Under the pieces are notes generated by a model. It was not told the origin of the DNA. It did not search any database and was given only the letters and a program-made list of their open reading frames with translations. Below are positions 1-13,898 of a stretch of DNA of 64,000 nucleotides, one piece after another (position 1 is the stretch's first letter; every line of letters begins with the position of its first letter). The position numbers were made by a program, and so were the translations under genes. The DNA lies in the NCBI GenBank assembly GCA_047495785.1, contig JBLDXI010000042.1, positions 2,604,001-2,668,000 on the forward strand, read 5' to 3'. The stretch comes from Lepidodermella squamata (taxonomy: Eukaryota > Animalia > Gastrotricha).

Positions 1-3000
1 ATCCGAAGTATCCAAATGGCGAATGTAGAACGCGTGGTGGTTGAAATCGCCAAAAGCAGCCGCATTTGAGTCACCTTAAAATTTCAAGTTTCAATATTTT
101 GATCATTTTTGAAAATTTTACTCACCCCATCGACCGTTCGGAAACTCGTCCCAGTTCAGAGTTCGATAAACGTAGCTGCGAGGGTGATTTGACCAGAAAA
201 TAGGCCGGACTTCTTCCTTTCCTTTCCGCGAAGGATTCGCTGTTTGTTGCTTCCACGGTAATAACGGGCGTTGAACCCGCTCATCACGCCATAAGCCTAA
301 CTGTTTAACAATATTTATCGTTGCAACGTCTCGATTGAGCGTGTAGAAATGCAGGCCGAATACGACGCCACTCGCCAGCAGTTCTCGACACATTTTCACC
401 GCATAGTCGATGCCGAATTTACGAATCGCTTCGTCATTCTGTTTATTCGCCTCAATAACAGCCATCGCATCTTCAGGCAGCTCGGATTTCGCTAGAGCGG
501 TTATCTGCCTTAACGACTGATACGCCTGGATAGGGAATATGCCTGGAATAATCGGGCAGGTGATTCCCAAGTTGCGGCAATCTCTGACAAAAACCAAATA
601 ATCTTCAACTTTGAAGAACAGCTGAGTGATGATCAAATTAGCGCCAGCGTCGATTTTCTCCTTAAGGTGCATCAAATCTTCTTCGTAGCTATTTGAGTCA
701 GGGTGGCCACGAGGAGGCGGGTAGCCAGCGACTGCGATAACCATCTCGTGGGATGTCGGAAATTCTTGGCGGATGAAACGAACAAACTCAGCGGCGTAAT
801 TCACATCGCCGGCATCCTTCACCCACTTGCGGCCTTGAGGCGGATCACCGCGTAGCGCCATTATATTGGAAATGCCGTAGTTTTTCGCTTGTTGCAACAC
901 CGATCGCAACTGGCCGATTTTCTGGCCGTAGCATGTGATGTGAAGCATCGACTCCATACCGCAGTCTATAAGCAGAAATCAGAAGCATTATTAAGAGCAA
1001 AATAATACAAAATTCTCTCAATTTCTACCTAATTATAATTTCAATTTGTCGATACTGGGGCTTCAATATCTAACATCTCAACCAATAATGTGGATGATAT
1101 CCTCGAAAACGTTTTTCGGTTTATCATTTTCTTTAAAATGTTAAAATCAAATAGAGACCAGTATTTCCCAAGTTACCCTGACTTGTATTCCTACTTATCC
1201 ATCTCAGATAAGACATACGAGATTCCGTGATTTAACTAGCCCCGTGGTTAACCATCTGGCCGGGGTCGAATCCGGTGGTTAACCAAAACTGACTCTCAAA
1301 TTCTCTCAAATTCTCAAATACTCTCAACGCCCGCTACATCCGCGGGTTTGGAACAATATCTTTCGCAAATTAGTCCAACCATAACAGAGCCAAAAGATTA
1401 GCAGATAATATTATGAAGGTTCGAACGAATTACTAGAATTGATTCGATCTGAAGACAGTTGATGAAACTGTCACTTCAAAGCGGCGTTGCAACACCGAGC
1501 AGGACGGCTCCTGGAAGACGAGAATTCGAAATAAATCGGAATGGATTGGATCTAATTAAATATTCTCAAATACTCTCAACGCCCGCTGTATCCACGGGTG
1601 TGAAACGGTGCTGTATTTTCCGCAAATGAAGCAATGTACCGGACCACTGCGTGGCTCCAAGCATGCTAAGTGATGTCGTGGTCAACCCTAAGACGATAGC
1701 TGCCAGGATAGCTTCCAATCTGGGCTATGATATCAAGCTGGCTGAAAGGTTTGCTGGCTCGGTGGCCTCACAACTGGCACTACATGACATGACATCGTGG
1801 TGTGCCGTGCTCTGGGTTGCTGTTCTACGTGAGCATTAGCACAGTCTGCTGGTATAGCCCGAAACACGCCCAACGGCGCTCTTCCAATGAAGCTGCAAAT
1901 TAGTCCATCCAAAACAGAACCAAATCTCGATTAGCAGATAACATGATGAAAGTTCGAACGATTCACTAGAATATATTCGATCTGATGATAGTTGATGAAG
2001 CTGGCACCTCAAAGTGGCGTTGCAACACCGAGCACGACGGCTCAGCTGATCACACTGATCCTAACGCTGGGAATCTGACAATGGGACGATCTTGCTATAG
2101 CTACGGCAAACCAACTCTTTGCGGCACTACAAACCACTGCGAAGCGTGCACCCACTCAACGTAAAGTTGACAGGGGCAAAGTTGTCACAGATATAACTTA
2201 GAATGATATAATTATATATACTCTACGCTGATTCCCTCTCTAAGCAAAAAACACTTCATGTACGGTGTATGGAGTTGTTTAAAATTTAAAACTCCCAAGA
2301 TCTTGACGAATCAACGATCATTCGAATACTGATGATGAGCATCCCGCCCAAAATCACAATAACACCACTGCAAAGCGTGCTACCAGATCGTCATAGATGA
2401 TCTTTGCGAAAATTCATGGGTAAAACTGCCTGCTTCAAACACACCGCCGGCTTAGTATGACACCAAAAATTCAAAAATTTACTGTCCTAAGCCGATTCAA
2501 CGAGTTCAATATCGCTCTATCGGCCAAGAAGAGCGAGTTCTTCGCCAAGCGAGTCAAATTTTGCGGTCCTATTTACAGCGAAAATGGCTGATTTCCACCT
2601 AAAAGCGGTTTTCCTCGCCCGACCACGAAGAAGGCAGTCCGCTCCTTAGTTAGCACCGCCAATTTTTTGCGGCACCACCTGCCCGACGTCACCCTGCCGC
2701 TTTGACATGTTCGTTGGACTCCGGAGTGCGAGAACGCTTTCCAACGCTTGAAGACCGCTCTAGCATCACCGTCCGCCCTAGACTTTTGAATTTTTGCCTG
2801 CCTTTCCGTCAACGAGGGTGTTGCCGCAGGTAACACTGTCATATGTATCAAAGACCTCGGTTTTGTAGTTGGTTTAATTTATCTCGTCAAAAGCGTTCGA
2901 CGCAGTGCCTATGCAGCTACTAATTAATCAATTTTTTAGCCTAAGAATAGTCGGCAGAATGCCCAAATGGCTGGAAGCTTTTCTATCTGATTCTTTCTAA

Positions 3001-4348
3001 TTTTTCTCTAATGCTTTTTCTGGAGTCCCCGAGCCTCGGTATTAGGCCCTATTTCATTTGTAATTTTGACTATAGTTTGTAATGAATATAAAACTTCTTA
3101 CAAATTCAGTAGCTGAATTTTTTACGAGGTTACATCTTTTTGATAAGATTTCGAGTAAGTGGCTAAATAACCATTAACAAGTGAAAAGTGGAGTGGCAAA
3201 AAGTGGATGTTTGACATCGCGAGATGTTGATGCCGCTTTCAAGATCAATGAACGAGGAGTCGAATGATATCAAAAAGAGGTTGATAGTCGTCAGGGTCGC
3301 TGAAAAAATGGGCTTCAAAGTTTACAGGTTGAAATTGCTGTTTAAAAAAATGCGCGTAAAAATTTTAGTTTGTTATTGCATCAATTCATAGCGCAATAAA
3401 TACTGATGTTGTTTCTTATGCGCAGTCGAGATTTTATTGGGGTAATCTTAGGTGAGAAATCTTGCAAGATGTTCAAAAACTTTGATTTAAGTAATCTAGC
3501 TATTAGCTAGCGCTTCCACTAAAACGATCTCCTTACTAGAGCGATAAGCCTTTTCTCCAGTCTTTTAAGGTGGATGAGAGCCTAGATAGAGGTCTGAATT
3601 CGGAAAATTTAAAATCCTAAGAAAAACTACAAGAGAACATCTAGGAATCCAAGAATCGTCGCTCTTGAAGTTAACGCACTTTTTGCCATTTACTGGAAAA
3701 TACAGAAAATTCGCCTAACCCCACTTTTCACTCGTCAACGTTCAAATTAAAACATCAATTAAAAATAGCATTTCATCAAATAAAAATTCCAATTTTTTAA
3801 TAAATCCGAGTCGGCTTTACTAACCAATTGAAGGAAATTGTGAGATAATGGTGAGACTATGCACAATAAATTATCTTCAACTACGCCCTTCAAATGGTTG
3901 TTTTTAGCAAAAATTCATTAAATTATTAGTTTGCTTACAGTTCAGCATGACATTAGCAATCATCAGCGAGCTGGTTGGCTTCTCAGTCGAGGCAGGATCA
4001 CCTAGAACCAAATAATTAAACCCTCTAATTCAACTCGATAAAGAATTTTCGGGCCCGTGCCTCGGTACCTGCAACATGCCACGTGATATCGCAAAACAGC
4101 GGATCGCCCCTGGCAAATGTCTCGAATTTCGAACATAAATTAGCGGCGCCGTTTGCAGTTCGAGGCGGGAAAAATTCGAGCGAGAACCAGAAATCTCGCG
4201 ACCGGATCCGCTGTTCAATCTTGTCGAGCAGCGTTTGCTGCGAGCTTTGCCGCCGGGTCAGCGAGCATCCACTATTGTTACGCGACATGCAACCGTTCCC
4301 ATTGCCATTCATTTTACTGGCCAAAAAGGCCTCAACCTCTGTACTCAT
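1..4348 (-). CDS. MTHFR: Methylenetetrahydrofolate reductase, 5' part (runs off the window start); exons approx. 4348-4069, 4001-3939, 965-126, 74-<1
   Basis: Motifs [52 protein letters not shown] and [10 protein letters not shown]; GT-AG junctions keep the frame (AG|DPAS, LN|YCGMES). Confidence 0.96.
1311..2041. repeat. Diverged direct duplication inside the MTHFR intron
   Basis: TTCTCAAATACTCTCAACGCCCGCT at about 1311 and 1563; block GCAAATTAGTCCA...GGCGTTGCAACACCGAGCA-GACGGCTC at about 1365-1510 and 1895-2041; the second copy is interrupted by about 270 nt. Confidence 0.8.
2487..2790 (+). mobile_element. Degenerate Ty3/gypsy LTR-retrotransposon pol fragment (RT end/connection)
   Basis: Translates in pieces as [50 protein letters not shown] and [18 protein letters not shown], with stops and deletions. 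Confidence 0.8.
2860..3060 (+). mobile_element. Highly decayed CR1/L2-type LINE reverse transcriptase fragment
   Basis: [16 protein letters not shown] and a broken GVP(QG)SVLGP motif in the expected order, frameshifted. Confidence 0.6.
3169..3742. mobile_element. Possible MITE / non-autonomous DNA element
   Basis: Imperfect inverted repeats of about 25 bp: AACCATTAACAAGTGAAAAGTGGAGT (3169-3194) and ACCCCACTTTTCACTCGTCAACGTT (3718-3742); no ORF between. Confidence 0.45.
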
Positions 4349-5449
4349 TGTATTTTCTAGAAAATTACGGAAAAAGTCGCCCATATGCACATTATGAATG
4401 ATTTTTATGAAAGTCTTCTGTCTTTATCCGCATTATAATTCATAATTATTATTAAACAACCGATTTTCGCGCATGACCGAACCTTGATACAACAATTATA
4501 TAATATTTACGAGTCACTCAAGCAAACACCAGAGAGCAGTTGATGCTTATTATATAACAGTATGGTATCCATCGATTTCTTTTATATCAAAAAATTATCT
4601 ATATATACAAGCAAGCCGATTCGCTGTAAGAATGCGAGATGGTATAAGATTACACATCTTAAGCCCGGGCCACGCGAGAAAACAGTATCATAGAAAGCCA
4701 TGGTCAGTTATTATTAAATATTTGTAACAAAGATAGAACCTATTTCGTAGCATTAATTACGTTCATAACGTCACATAGTAGTAGTAGCGAGCGCAGATTT
4801 GAAATCTAAAGCAACTCCTCCGCTAAAAGTAAACAATCATTTGGCGAAACATAACCGAAATACTCATCTATCAGCAATTTGACACAATCAAAATGTTTAG
4901 GCATCACGTGTATCTTGAGAGAGAAAAGACCTAACGATGATAAACCGAAAAATTAACAACCATAAACCTGCTAAAAACGCGTCAGGTGATAATTAAAAGG
5001 AAAGGAATTAACATGGGTCATAATGAGAATATAATGAGAAAAATCCCGTAAAAATGTTTTGCTAAAATTACTGTCTGTCGTTCCATGAAGCGCTATACTC
5101 ACTTAAAAAAGCAAAACAGGATTGGTTATATCCAAGCCTTGTAATTGACTGAGACGCAATTCAGGCCGAATGGGTCGTTAACACGCTATTTAACCGAAAT
5201 ATCATGAGGTTTGTAATTGGCTATAGGACTTTGTACCCAACGTGAACTTGAGTGAATGCCTAGATTAAACAGCAGCACGAGGCCTGACCACGTGAACATG
5301 GCGCATTTTTTTCTCACTCACAGCAAAAAACATAGCGAGCCATGGTATTTAAACAGCGGGTTAATTCGTGATTTTTTTCTCAATAGAAGTCATTATTTTA
5401 ATTAATAAAGAGAGGAGTGACGGGGTGAACAAAAAAACAAAGTCGGGCG

Positions 5450-8307
5450 CTATAAAAATTCTGATGAAGTGAGATCGGCGTGTATTTGGTGTTGTTGCCG
5501 ATTCAGCGATGTTGTCGACGATTTCGCATCCAAATTGTTACTTGAAATAGCAGCAGTTGAAGTTGTTGTTGAGGAAGGCTTAGAATTCAGCGACGCACGA
5601 CTAGCGCCGAAATTAGCGGCATGTGACTGGCCGCCTTCGATGATTCCACCCGGCCCAGCGTTGATGTAGTCGTGGGAGACCGCGGTTGAGGACCGTCTGT
5701 TATTCAAAATTTAACACAAATTATCTGCCCAATTATTACTGGTGCATAGCTCAAAGCAAACAAGCCATGGGGAGCAAGAATGACCACATCAATCAACTTG
5801 AAAAGTTTTAATCAAATATCAGTTTTCATCCAAAGACCCAAATTACTTATTTTTCCGCATGAAATTTCTTTTTTAAGTAAATTTTGTAACAAGCTCAATA
5901 AATAACGATGGCCATTTTTTATAATTTACAATAAGCCCAAAGATTGACGTGGTCATTTTGTTACTTCTGCTTGAGAAGCTACTATAATTCTAAGTGTGTG
6001 TGCTTTGCGTTCAAGGTCTCACACCAGCAATCTCCCCAGCCTTTACACTTTCGTCTCGCCCTAGTTGTCGTGTTAGTTTCTAATTGAGTTCACGCAAATA
6101 CACACTAGGGGTCGGTTTACTCAGTCCACACACCTGGCAACGATGACGGCGGAAGCTTTTTTATTAATCTGTTCACGGTTTTGCAACATTAAAAACAGCC
6201 GAGTTGTGACACATGAAACAAAAATTTGCTAGCGGTAATTATTCATGCAAAATGTTGTGTGTTTTTTGCTAGATGATAATGAATAACCGCGACGCTTACC
6301 CTGATTGCAGCTGAGTACTGGCGGCCATCAGTTTCGCAGTGCTATTTGCAGCCTGGAAATTAACATAATCGTTATTGCCCGCGTTTGGCGCGCCGGGTGA
6401 CAGGATAAGTTGGCCGTTGCTGCTGTTGTTGTTGCCGGCAGCGGGCGTTGATGTGCTGGTCGTCCGGCTCACATTGGCACTGACTTGTTGACTGGCGGCC
6501 GCCGCAGCTGCAGCCGCGGCGTCTTGCTCACCCTTGACCCGCTTCACGTGCGCTTCTACTACCAGATAAATGAATTTGTACTGTGACTCAGTCTGCACCA
6601 ATCCCGATCTTTGTTGCCGGCATGAAAGAACCGTTCGTTGCACATCAATTTCCGATTCAAGACCTGAAAATTACAATAAAACGATAATAAGACGTTATTT
6701 CCATGCAAAAATTTAACCAACCATATTTTCGAATTTGTTCGAGTAGAATATCGATGACGATGTAAGTACCCGTCCGGCCGATACCAGCACTGCAATGCAC
6801 GAGAGCAGGCCCGGGCGGGTCGAATTTCGTCCATTTTTCGTTAATGCAATCCCTGAGCTGAATAATATCAAGCGGATTCTCAGGTATGCTGTGATCTTGC
6901 CAAGACTTGTAGTAAAACTGGTGGACAATGCGAGGCTCTTCAGGGCGATTCGGCGCCAAAGGTTTAAACGAAACAGTCAGGGTCCGAATTCCGAAATTTT
7001 CCGACTCCGTTTGACTAACCAGGGAAATGACGAATTTGCCCGATATCGAATCTACCTCAAGTGGTGATGAATTATCTTCCGGCCAATAACGAATGCACTT
7101 ATTTTTGCCGCGTTCCATTTCGAGGGTGATCATCACGATGATATGGCAACGTTCTTGCCAGATCATTCGCCAAAAATCACCCATTGTCGACTGCATGCAA
7201 CCCTGAGCGGCGATATATTCTCGCCGGTCGGGAGACGGCTCTTCCATATCAAAAATTCTGTTGGCATTTATGTAGTCCGACCCGGACTGATAATACTCCG
7301 GGTTCGAATTTGGCGAAGAGTCAGGATGGGTGCAATGTTCAGTCAGTTTCACCCGAGAATGATCGTAAGGTAGAATGTTCTTGTATCGATTTTTCGGCCG
7401 ATTTTCCGGCCTTTGGCCCTCTTTTCGGGTCAAAGTTCCTTGGTCTTGTTCCTGGATGTATTTAAACTCCTCCCAGAACCCGCTTTCTCCCTTCGAAGAA
7501 ACTGATCGGTTCAATTCAGCTATCCGGTCAGTAACACGATTTGCCATAATTCGGGTGGCATTAAAAGGCTAAATAATTCAAATACTCAGTCCACCGTGAG
7601 AAATAATAATTTTCCGACATACTTGGATCAAGTGCAGAACAGATCCGCTTTCTTCAATAATTGCTGACTGCTTATAGTAATCAACAAGCTCGGGTAATGT
7701 AGCAAATTTAGGGCCTCCGCCCACGTCGTAAAGAGGCGTCGTTGAGTTCTAGATATAATTTAGCATGAAAATTGGCTCATAAGTAGGATGAAAAAAGTAC
7801 CTGATCCCTTAGAGTTCTGATAATAACTTGAACAACTTTTTCGTCGTCAGCTTTCACAACGAGAACATGAGAGCCAGGTTGGGTGCGGGACTCGCGGACC
7901 AGAAAGCTGCCCATTCTGCCTCGAGATTTGAGCATGGACTCGGCGTCTGGTCCCGATAAATAACCGTGAAACCATCTTTCAGTTGTTGGTTCTGTTGATG
8001 GCAGTGGGTATTTTAGATGTAGTACGTCGCCCGACTTCTCCTTGAGCACGCCACTTTCCATGTAGTACTGGATTAGTTCAACCATTGACGCGAACTTCTC
8101 CTCGCCGTACAGCGAGAAACTTTCACCCGTATTACGAATTTTAACATGGGTCACGGTTCCGTTAAGCCGGCGTACTGATACAGTGAAATCACCAGGTTTG
8201 CTGCAGCTAGGACGAACCAAAAAGCTGCCGGGTACGCCTTTTGTCAGGAGCAAGTCTTCTGCAGAAGCACCGTCAAGATTGAGATGCAAACACCTTTTTA
8301 CAGGCAT
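5450..8307 (-). CDS. PTPN11: SH2-SH2-PTP tyrosine phosphatase (SHP2/corkscrew type); exons approx. 8307-7801, 7748-7623, 7568-6722, 6663-6300, 5696-5450
   Basis: Two SH2 domains ([12 protein letters not shown]...GSFLVRES), [47 protein letters not shown]; last exon joins in frame (QSG|RSST) and the tail has two Y-x-N motifs (DYVN, DYIN). Confidence 0.93.
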
Positions 8308-10366
8308 TTTGATATGTTAAATAAAAAAATATAAAAAAAACTATTGAAAAGATAAGCAGTGTGTAGATAAGCTCCAGAGCTAGAAGTATTTGCGCTTGGC
8401 AAAGAAATAATCACGCCAATTCGCAACAATTTAGCGATAAGAATTCAATAAATAGCGCCGTCGCATAATTGTATGCTACAACTTGACGTTAATCATCAGC
8501 AACCACGTCTATCAGCAAGGATTAGGGCCAACCAGTGATGACTAAATTGAATAATTATCAGATAAGGGGATAGAAAATGACAGAAAGCATTTAAGCATTA
8601 CTAGAATCGGTGTAAAAAGTACTCCATAAGAAATAAAAAACTGATAACGCCAAAGGGAACATCGAGATAGTGAGTTGATGCGCCATAGAAAAAGCCAACC
8701 ACTTGGCATGAAATAAACAGTAGCCTGGGCATAGCGTTGATCAATTTTGAGCCCGAGTATAGATTGAACCAAGTCTGTAGATGTTGAAAGGCGAGCGTGG
8801 AAAGGCCGTCAGCTGACATTCAGATAAAATCCAGCTTTCTCACAGCGTTTAATTCGCAATTCGACTTTGTTTACAATGTCGGTTTCTTCAGACATCAGAC
8901 ACAATTTCAGCGCTGCGGTTGGGCAAGCAGGGAAGCATCCAGGGTAAATCAAAATACGCAGCTCCGTCAAATTAAATATTCAACATGTTTAATGATTAAT
9001 ATCATGCTTAATCACCCATCCGGCATTCTATAGGCTAAGGGCTGCAACCGAACATCATGATGCTTCCTTAACTCACCCAACTCTGCGGATGGAATTTCGT
9101 CTGACAAGCTACGATGACATTTGTTATTTAGAAGGTTTTAGAAGAGTCAATGGTGGAAAGGGACTTGGTCCGAGGAAAATTGATATCTTAAAGGCGTGTT
9201 CAGTAGTGCTGTTTTAAATGGAATGAATCTTTCTGCAGCTAAAATGCCTTTCATCCTTTAGCATTTACTGCAATTTTAGCATTTATTATAGTCTTCAGAT
9301 GAGACATAGCTTGCTGTGCGGCTGCAAATAAGCAACGAGTTCCGCACGACTAGTTATGACCTTTCCGCTGGTCGGCAGGTTGCAGGTTGTTCAGACGTCG
9401 GACGTCATAAAAGACTCTCAATCATGACAATTTTGCTTTGTCTTCCGAATTCCGAAACTGTCACTCCACCGCACGAAATATTATTATTTCAATAGAATGA
9501 ATTGCTGATGAGGCGGATGAAATCAAACTGACAGGCATGGAGAAGTGAAAATCCTTACAATAAGTTCCCTAAGATTTCAAGAGATAAGAATTCATACATC
9601 TAGAAACGAACATCCAAGATAGAAGGCCCACGGATCACAGATATCACACATCGTCAATGCCAATAATACAGAACTTTGAACTTCAAATAACACATGCAAT
9701 CCACAATCCACACTGAGAAAAAATTTCAAGAACGTGACAAATGTCAGGCGCGCCAACAGCCAACAGAAAGTGCGAAATCCTCTGAGTAGCGCAACTAAAA
9801 CATGAACCAGAAAATAAAAAATGAAGAAACTCGAGACGTAAAATGTGGAAAATGTGTGGGAACATCACGTGAAAATGGCCCTCGAGAAGAGTTTCAAACG
9901 CAACTCAGATCTTGATTGTTCTTCAATGTTCAACATCAAATATAAAGCCGCCCTTCGCAAAATGCAACATGCAACAGCTCGCTCATTGTACCAAAAATAC
10001 CAAAAATCACGAGCGGAAAAGACATCTAAACAGCCAAACGCAACGAAAAACCCACCTGATGAGAGCCAACCCGGACGCCAACAAAAAATCAACTTTTCTA
10101 ATTTTCACAAAACATTATAAAATATATGTTTAAAAATATTATGAATTATTTTTATATAAAACTGAAAAATTGCATTTATTATAGTCATTGGCAACGTCCA
10201 TTTTTTGCGGTATCTGCTGTCCTTCGGGGAGTCGTACGCACGCTGGCGCCTGCTACTGATCGCTTCTCTACCTCTTACCTCGTATTGTTACAATATATCT
10301 ATAGGACCTCTCTTTCCTCTTTGATCAAAGGTCATATTAATTCGCTGTTTAAACAAATTGCAAGTC

Positions 10367-13300
10367 ATGTCTAAGAAGAATAGGACTGACAGTGAAGGTT
10401 TGCCTTATTACCTACATAAAGTACATAAATACCAAAACTGACGTTCAATCCATTTAGAAGCAGATGACGTATTCAACGAGCATCCACCGAATCTTCCCAA
10501 GGGAAAATTGGATACAACGTAAGTAACGTCTGCTTGTCATTTTCTGATTTGAATTTCATGGTCGCGCAGAGTTGATAGAAGGTTGTCATTAGACACCCGT
10601 TCATTGAGTCGACAATCATCGCTTGGGTAAATAATAAGTCTCGGCTTCAGCTAATAGTTTAGAATTCACTGAAAAATAACTGGTATTTACATGTACTCTG
10701 TAAACCTCAAAACTTTTGCACGCGATGTTGGGTGTTTTTTATCACACGTAAATCTATGATGCACTACAGAATGTCATCTGCACCTTAACCTTTTACTTAT
10801 CTCTAGCCATGAAATTAAGCTTTTGTCACTTTTTTACCAGGTTGGATTTCATGAGGCCGCCTGGTAGAGATAGCAACATGGAGTTAGTTGTTATGATCAC
10901 TAAAGAGACGCAAACCGATTGGGAGTGGGCAGACGTGCAAGCCAAACAAACTGCCATTGAGTAAGTTAATTAGTGATCTCCCTGCTTTCATTTTGAATTT
11001 AAAATACCTCTTTTAGGGTGAAAGAACATCCCAAGATGCTGGAGATCGGTAAGCGACCGTTATTTTTTTCTTCCATGGGACATTCAAGTAAAATTATTGC
11101 GAATCAAAAGATCCAAATAAACCAAGCACTCCGCCTCCAGTGGTAACTCCATTGGATCACGTTCGAAATGAAGGTTGATGATTATTGAGAGTAGTTGACC
11201 TAGATGTAATAATGCTTCTCGGTAAAACCTATTACAACTTTAATGTTAGCTTGTACACTGATGTGATTTGTCACGTAACGCTTATAACAAGAGTTGTTGA
11301 TTTTCTCTAACCCTTAACACATCAAAGGAATACAAGTCGATACGCTCCAGAAAAAGAGCATGTCTATCGGAATTCAGGCATTTCATGAGCAACCACCGCG
11401 TATGTTTCTTCGGCGAATTCTCGCTGACTGATGATTTCTTTAATCCTCTTTTTGTGTATGTTTCCCGCTTAATCACTCCTAATTTCTATTAATAATTTGC
11501 GAGCTGAAATCGCTATCGAATGTTTACATGTATTTCATCTTGCTATTTTCTCTTTTCTAGCCGATGATGTTGTACCGGAGCCGTACCTAGAACTCAGTAT
11601 GCATTTTTCCTCATCTAATTGACGTGATTACTATGCTTATTCATTAAACTCTCAGAGATGTCAAGGGCCGAAACTCGAATAGCTGACACGCCTGCCGCAC
11701 GTAAACACGGAGGCGCTACTCCTGTTCAGGAACCTTGGCCCCCAAGGTGCGCAACTTGTTTACTGCGCGAGTGGAATGAATGGCTATTATTTATTATTCT
11801 TATTGCACAGATCTCCTCTTTACGGTCGTCCTGTCATGCTTTACAAAGACGAGGATAACACAGAGATGGAATCGCCACAAAAGGAAGTAGAATTGGATGA
11901 AAATGAGGACAAAGACATAGAAAGTTATTTGGAGAAAATGGCGGCAAATGACGGGAAATTAGCTCAACTAGGCCTGCCTGCATCTCTTAGTGTACGCTTA
12001 TATCTTTTGAACCTTTTAAATTTGTTAACGCTTGACTTTGTAATAGATTAAAAAAGATTCCATGGATCTCGGTAGACCTAGGAATCGTAAGGAGTTTCAG
12101 CAGCTGATATCCGAACCTGCTGTGCGAGTGGAAACCGACGAAGATGGCGCGGGAAGCGATGCAACCTTTGCAAATCTTGTTTGCGAGTTTTGCCACAACC
12201 CTCTACGCCAGTTTCCTACCCTCGAGCAGCAACGTACAATGGCTTCAAGCGAGCTGTACTGCTGCGACGATTATCGCAAATTTGTCGAATTCGTTTTAGC
12301 GACTGACGACTCGTTCGAATCTCAAATGAAAAACCGGCTCATGGGCAACCGATCTGATACGAATGTAAGCGACACACAGTCGAAACCAGAGAAGACCAGT
12401 GATACACTAAAAGTGAAAATTGCCAAACAAGCCAGTGGGAGAGTGTTGCGGCAAAATGCCGAGGACGAGCGGAGACATCGGCTCGAACTTGAAAGGCATA
12501 TGGCAATGTTGGAAAAGGCAAAGAAGATGAGAGAGACCCAATTGAAAGATGGCAAATCAGTGAAAACTATCAATTTTCAACTATCGAAATATCGGTGTTT
12601 CGAGCAAGGCATGGTTATCCTACCGCCGGATTTTCATTTATCAGAAATGGAGCAGTTCCAGCACAAGAAAGTACAAGCTGCTATGGCAGAACAAGCAGCC
12701 CTGCAACAAAAGAGGCTTATCAGCGATATCGAAGGGTTGGCGCCGGCGGTTGAGTTTAGCTCAGCTGGTGATTTCTCGGCTACTCGACGCCATCATGGCG
12801 AGATGAGCTATCTTCTTGATGGCGGCGTGCCTGTGATTAAAAAATACGATGACAAAGTTACGACATTTCTTATCCTACTTGCTGATGGTACTAGCACGGT
12901 TTTGTAAGTTCTAAAATTTATTCTAAGACGTTTCGAAAAGTTCTATTTGATATAGCTACCCGTCCGGGAATATCGCAATTACTGTTTCGCTTTTCAATGG
13001 CATTCGAACCTTCACGGCTTTCGACGACCGGCCGATAGCCGAAACACGAATTTTAGCAATGTTCATGTCGTCTGGTTTCGGTACAGTTTACACGAGCGAC
13101 GGCGCGGTGCGGTTATCGCTAACTCCAGCAGCCGGGTTCGAGGCGAACCCAATCGATGGGACAAAACGGCGCCGTTGGACCTGGGCTGAAATGGCGGCCG
13201 GCAGCCACGTTCACGCCCCGCCATTCTCGTGTATTTTCTACCACGTCAACTCGTATTTAAGCGTTCGAATCGCCGATAATCAGGATTGGACGCTGACATT

Positions 13301-13766
13301 TTTCTACAAGCAATTCCGGTGCCGGTTCAATGTCATGGCCTTCCAACCTTTCGATGTAATTTTTTCGAATTATTAAATGAATTTTCTCAATTTATATCCT
13401 AATTCAGATTGTCGACTCGAACGCTTTCGACATGTCGGACATGCGACTAGTAAAACTGAACAAATATCGAACTCAATTTAACGAAAGTCACATGAAACTC
13501 AAGTACGTCCCACATTTTAATGAGATAAGCCTACAGGGTTATGTACTCAAATTAGGGCTTTACTTCGCGAGATCAATTATATGCTTGGCCTGCTTCCGGT
13601 CAGTAGCGGAGGCCTATCGAAATCTTTAGACGCGTCAAAGGATTTATCTCCCCGCGGCAAATCGAAACAGAAATTGGCGGTGAATCCAGGCAACAAAACA
13701 TCACGCCAATCCAACTCAGTCGTTCTACCACCTATAATTACTCAATCGGTTGTAGAAGTCGACTGA
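10367..13766 (+). CDS. ERICH6/FAM194-like protein, many small 5' exons (start and early exons tentative)
   Basis: CEFC...ELYCC, YPSGNIAI, GFGTVY, RRRWTW and HVHAPPF resemble the FAM194 domain; chain of GT-AG bounded exons from ATG 10367 to TGA 13766. Confidence 0.7.
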
Positions 13767-13898
13767 AGTAGTACTCGAACTAGAAACCCTTCTTCTTCTT
13801 CCTGTGTTCCTGGAAAATACTCAATGTAATATTTTGATTTAAAATGATGCAAAAAAGAGGAATAAATTTAATGAATGTAACAACTTTTTTATTGTTAT

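Noticed and set aside
8542-10374. Several short ORFs on both strands between the phosphatase and the ERICH6-like gene
   Set aside because: I could not build a consistent spliced frame or recognise a domain; an unannotated or non-coding gene is not excluded.
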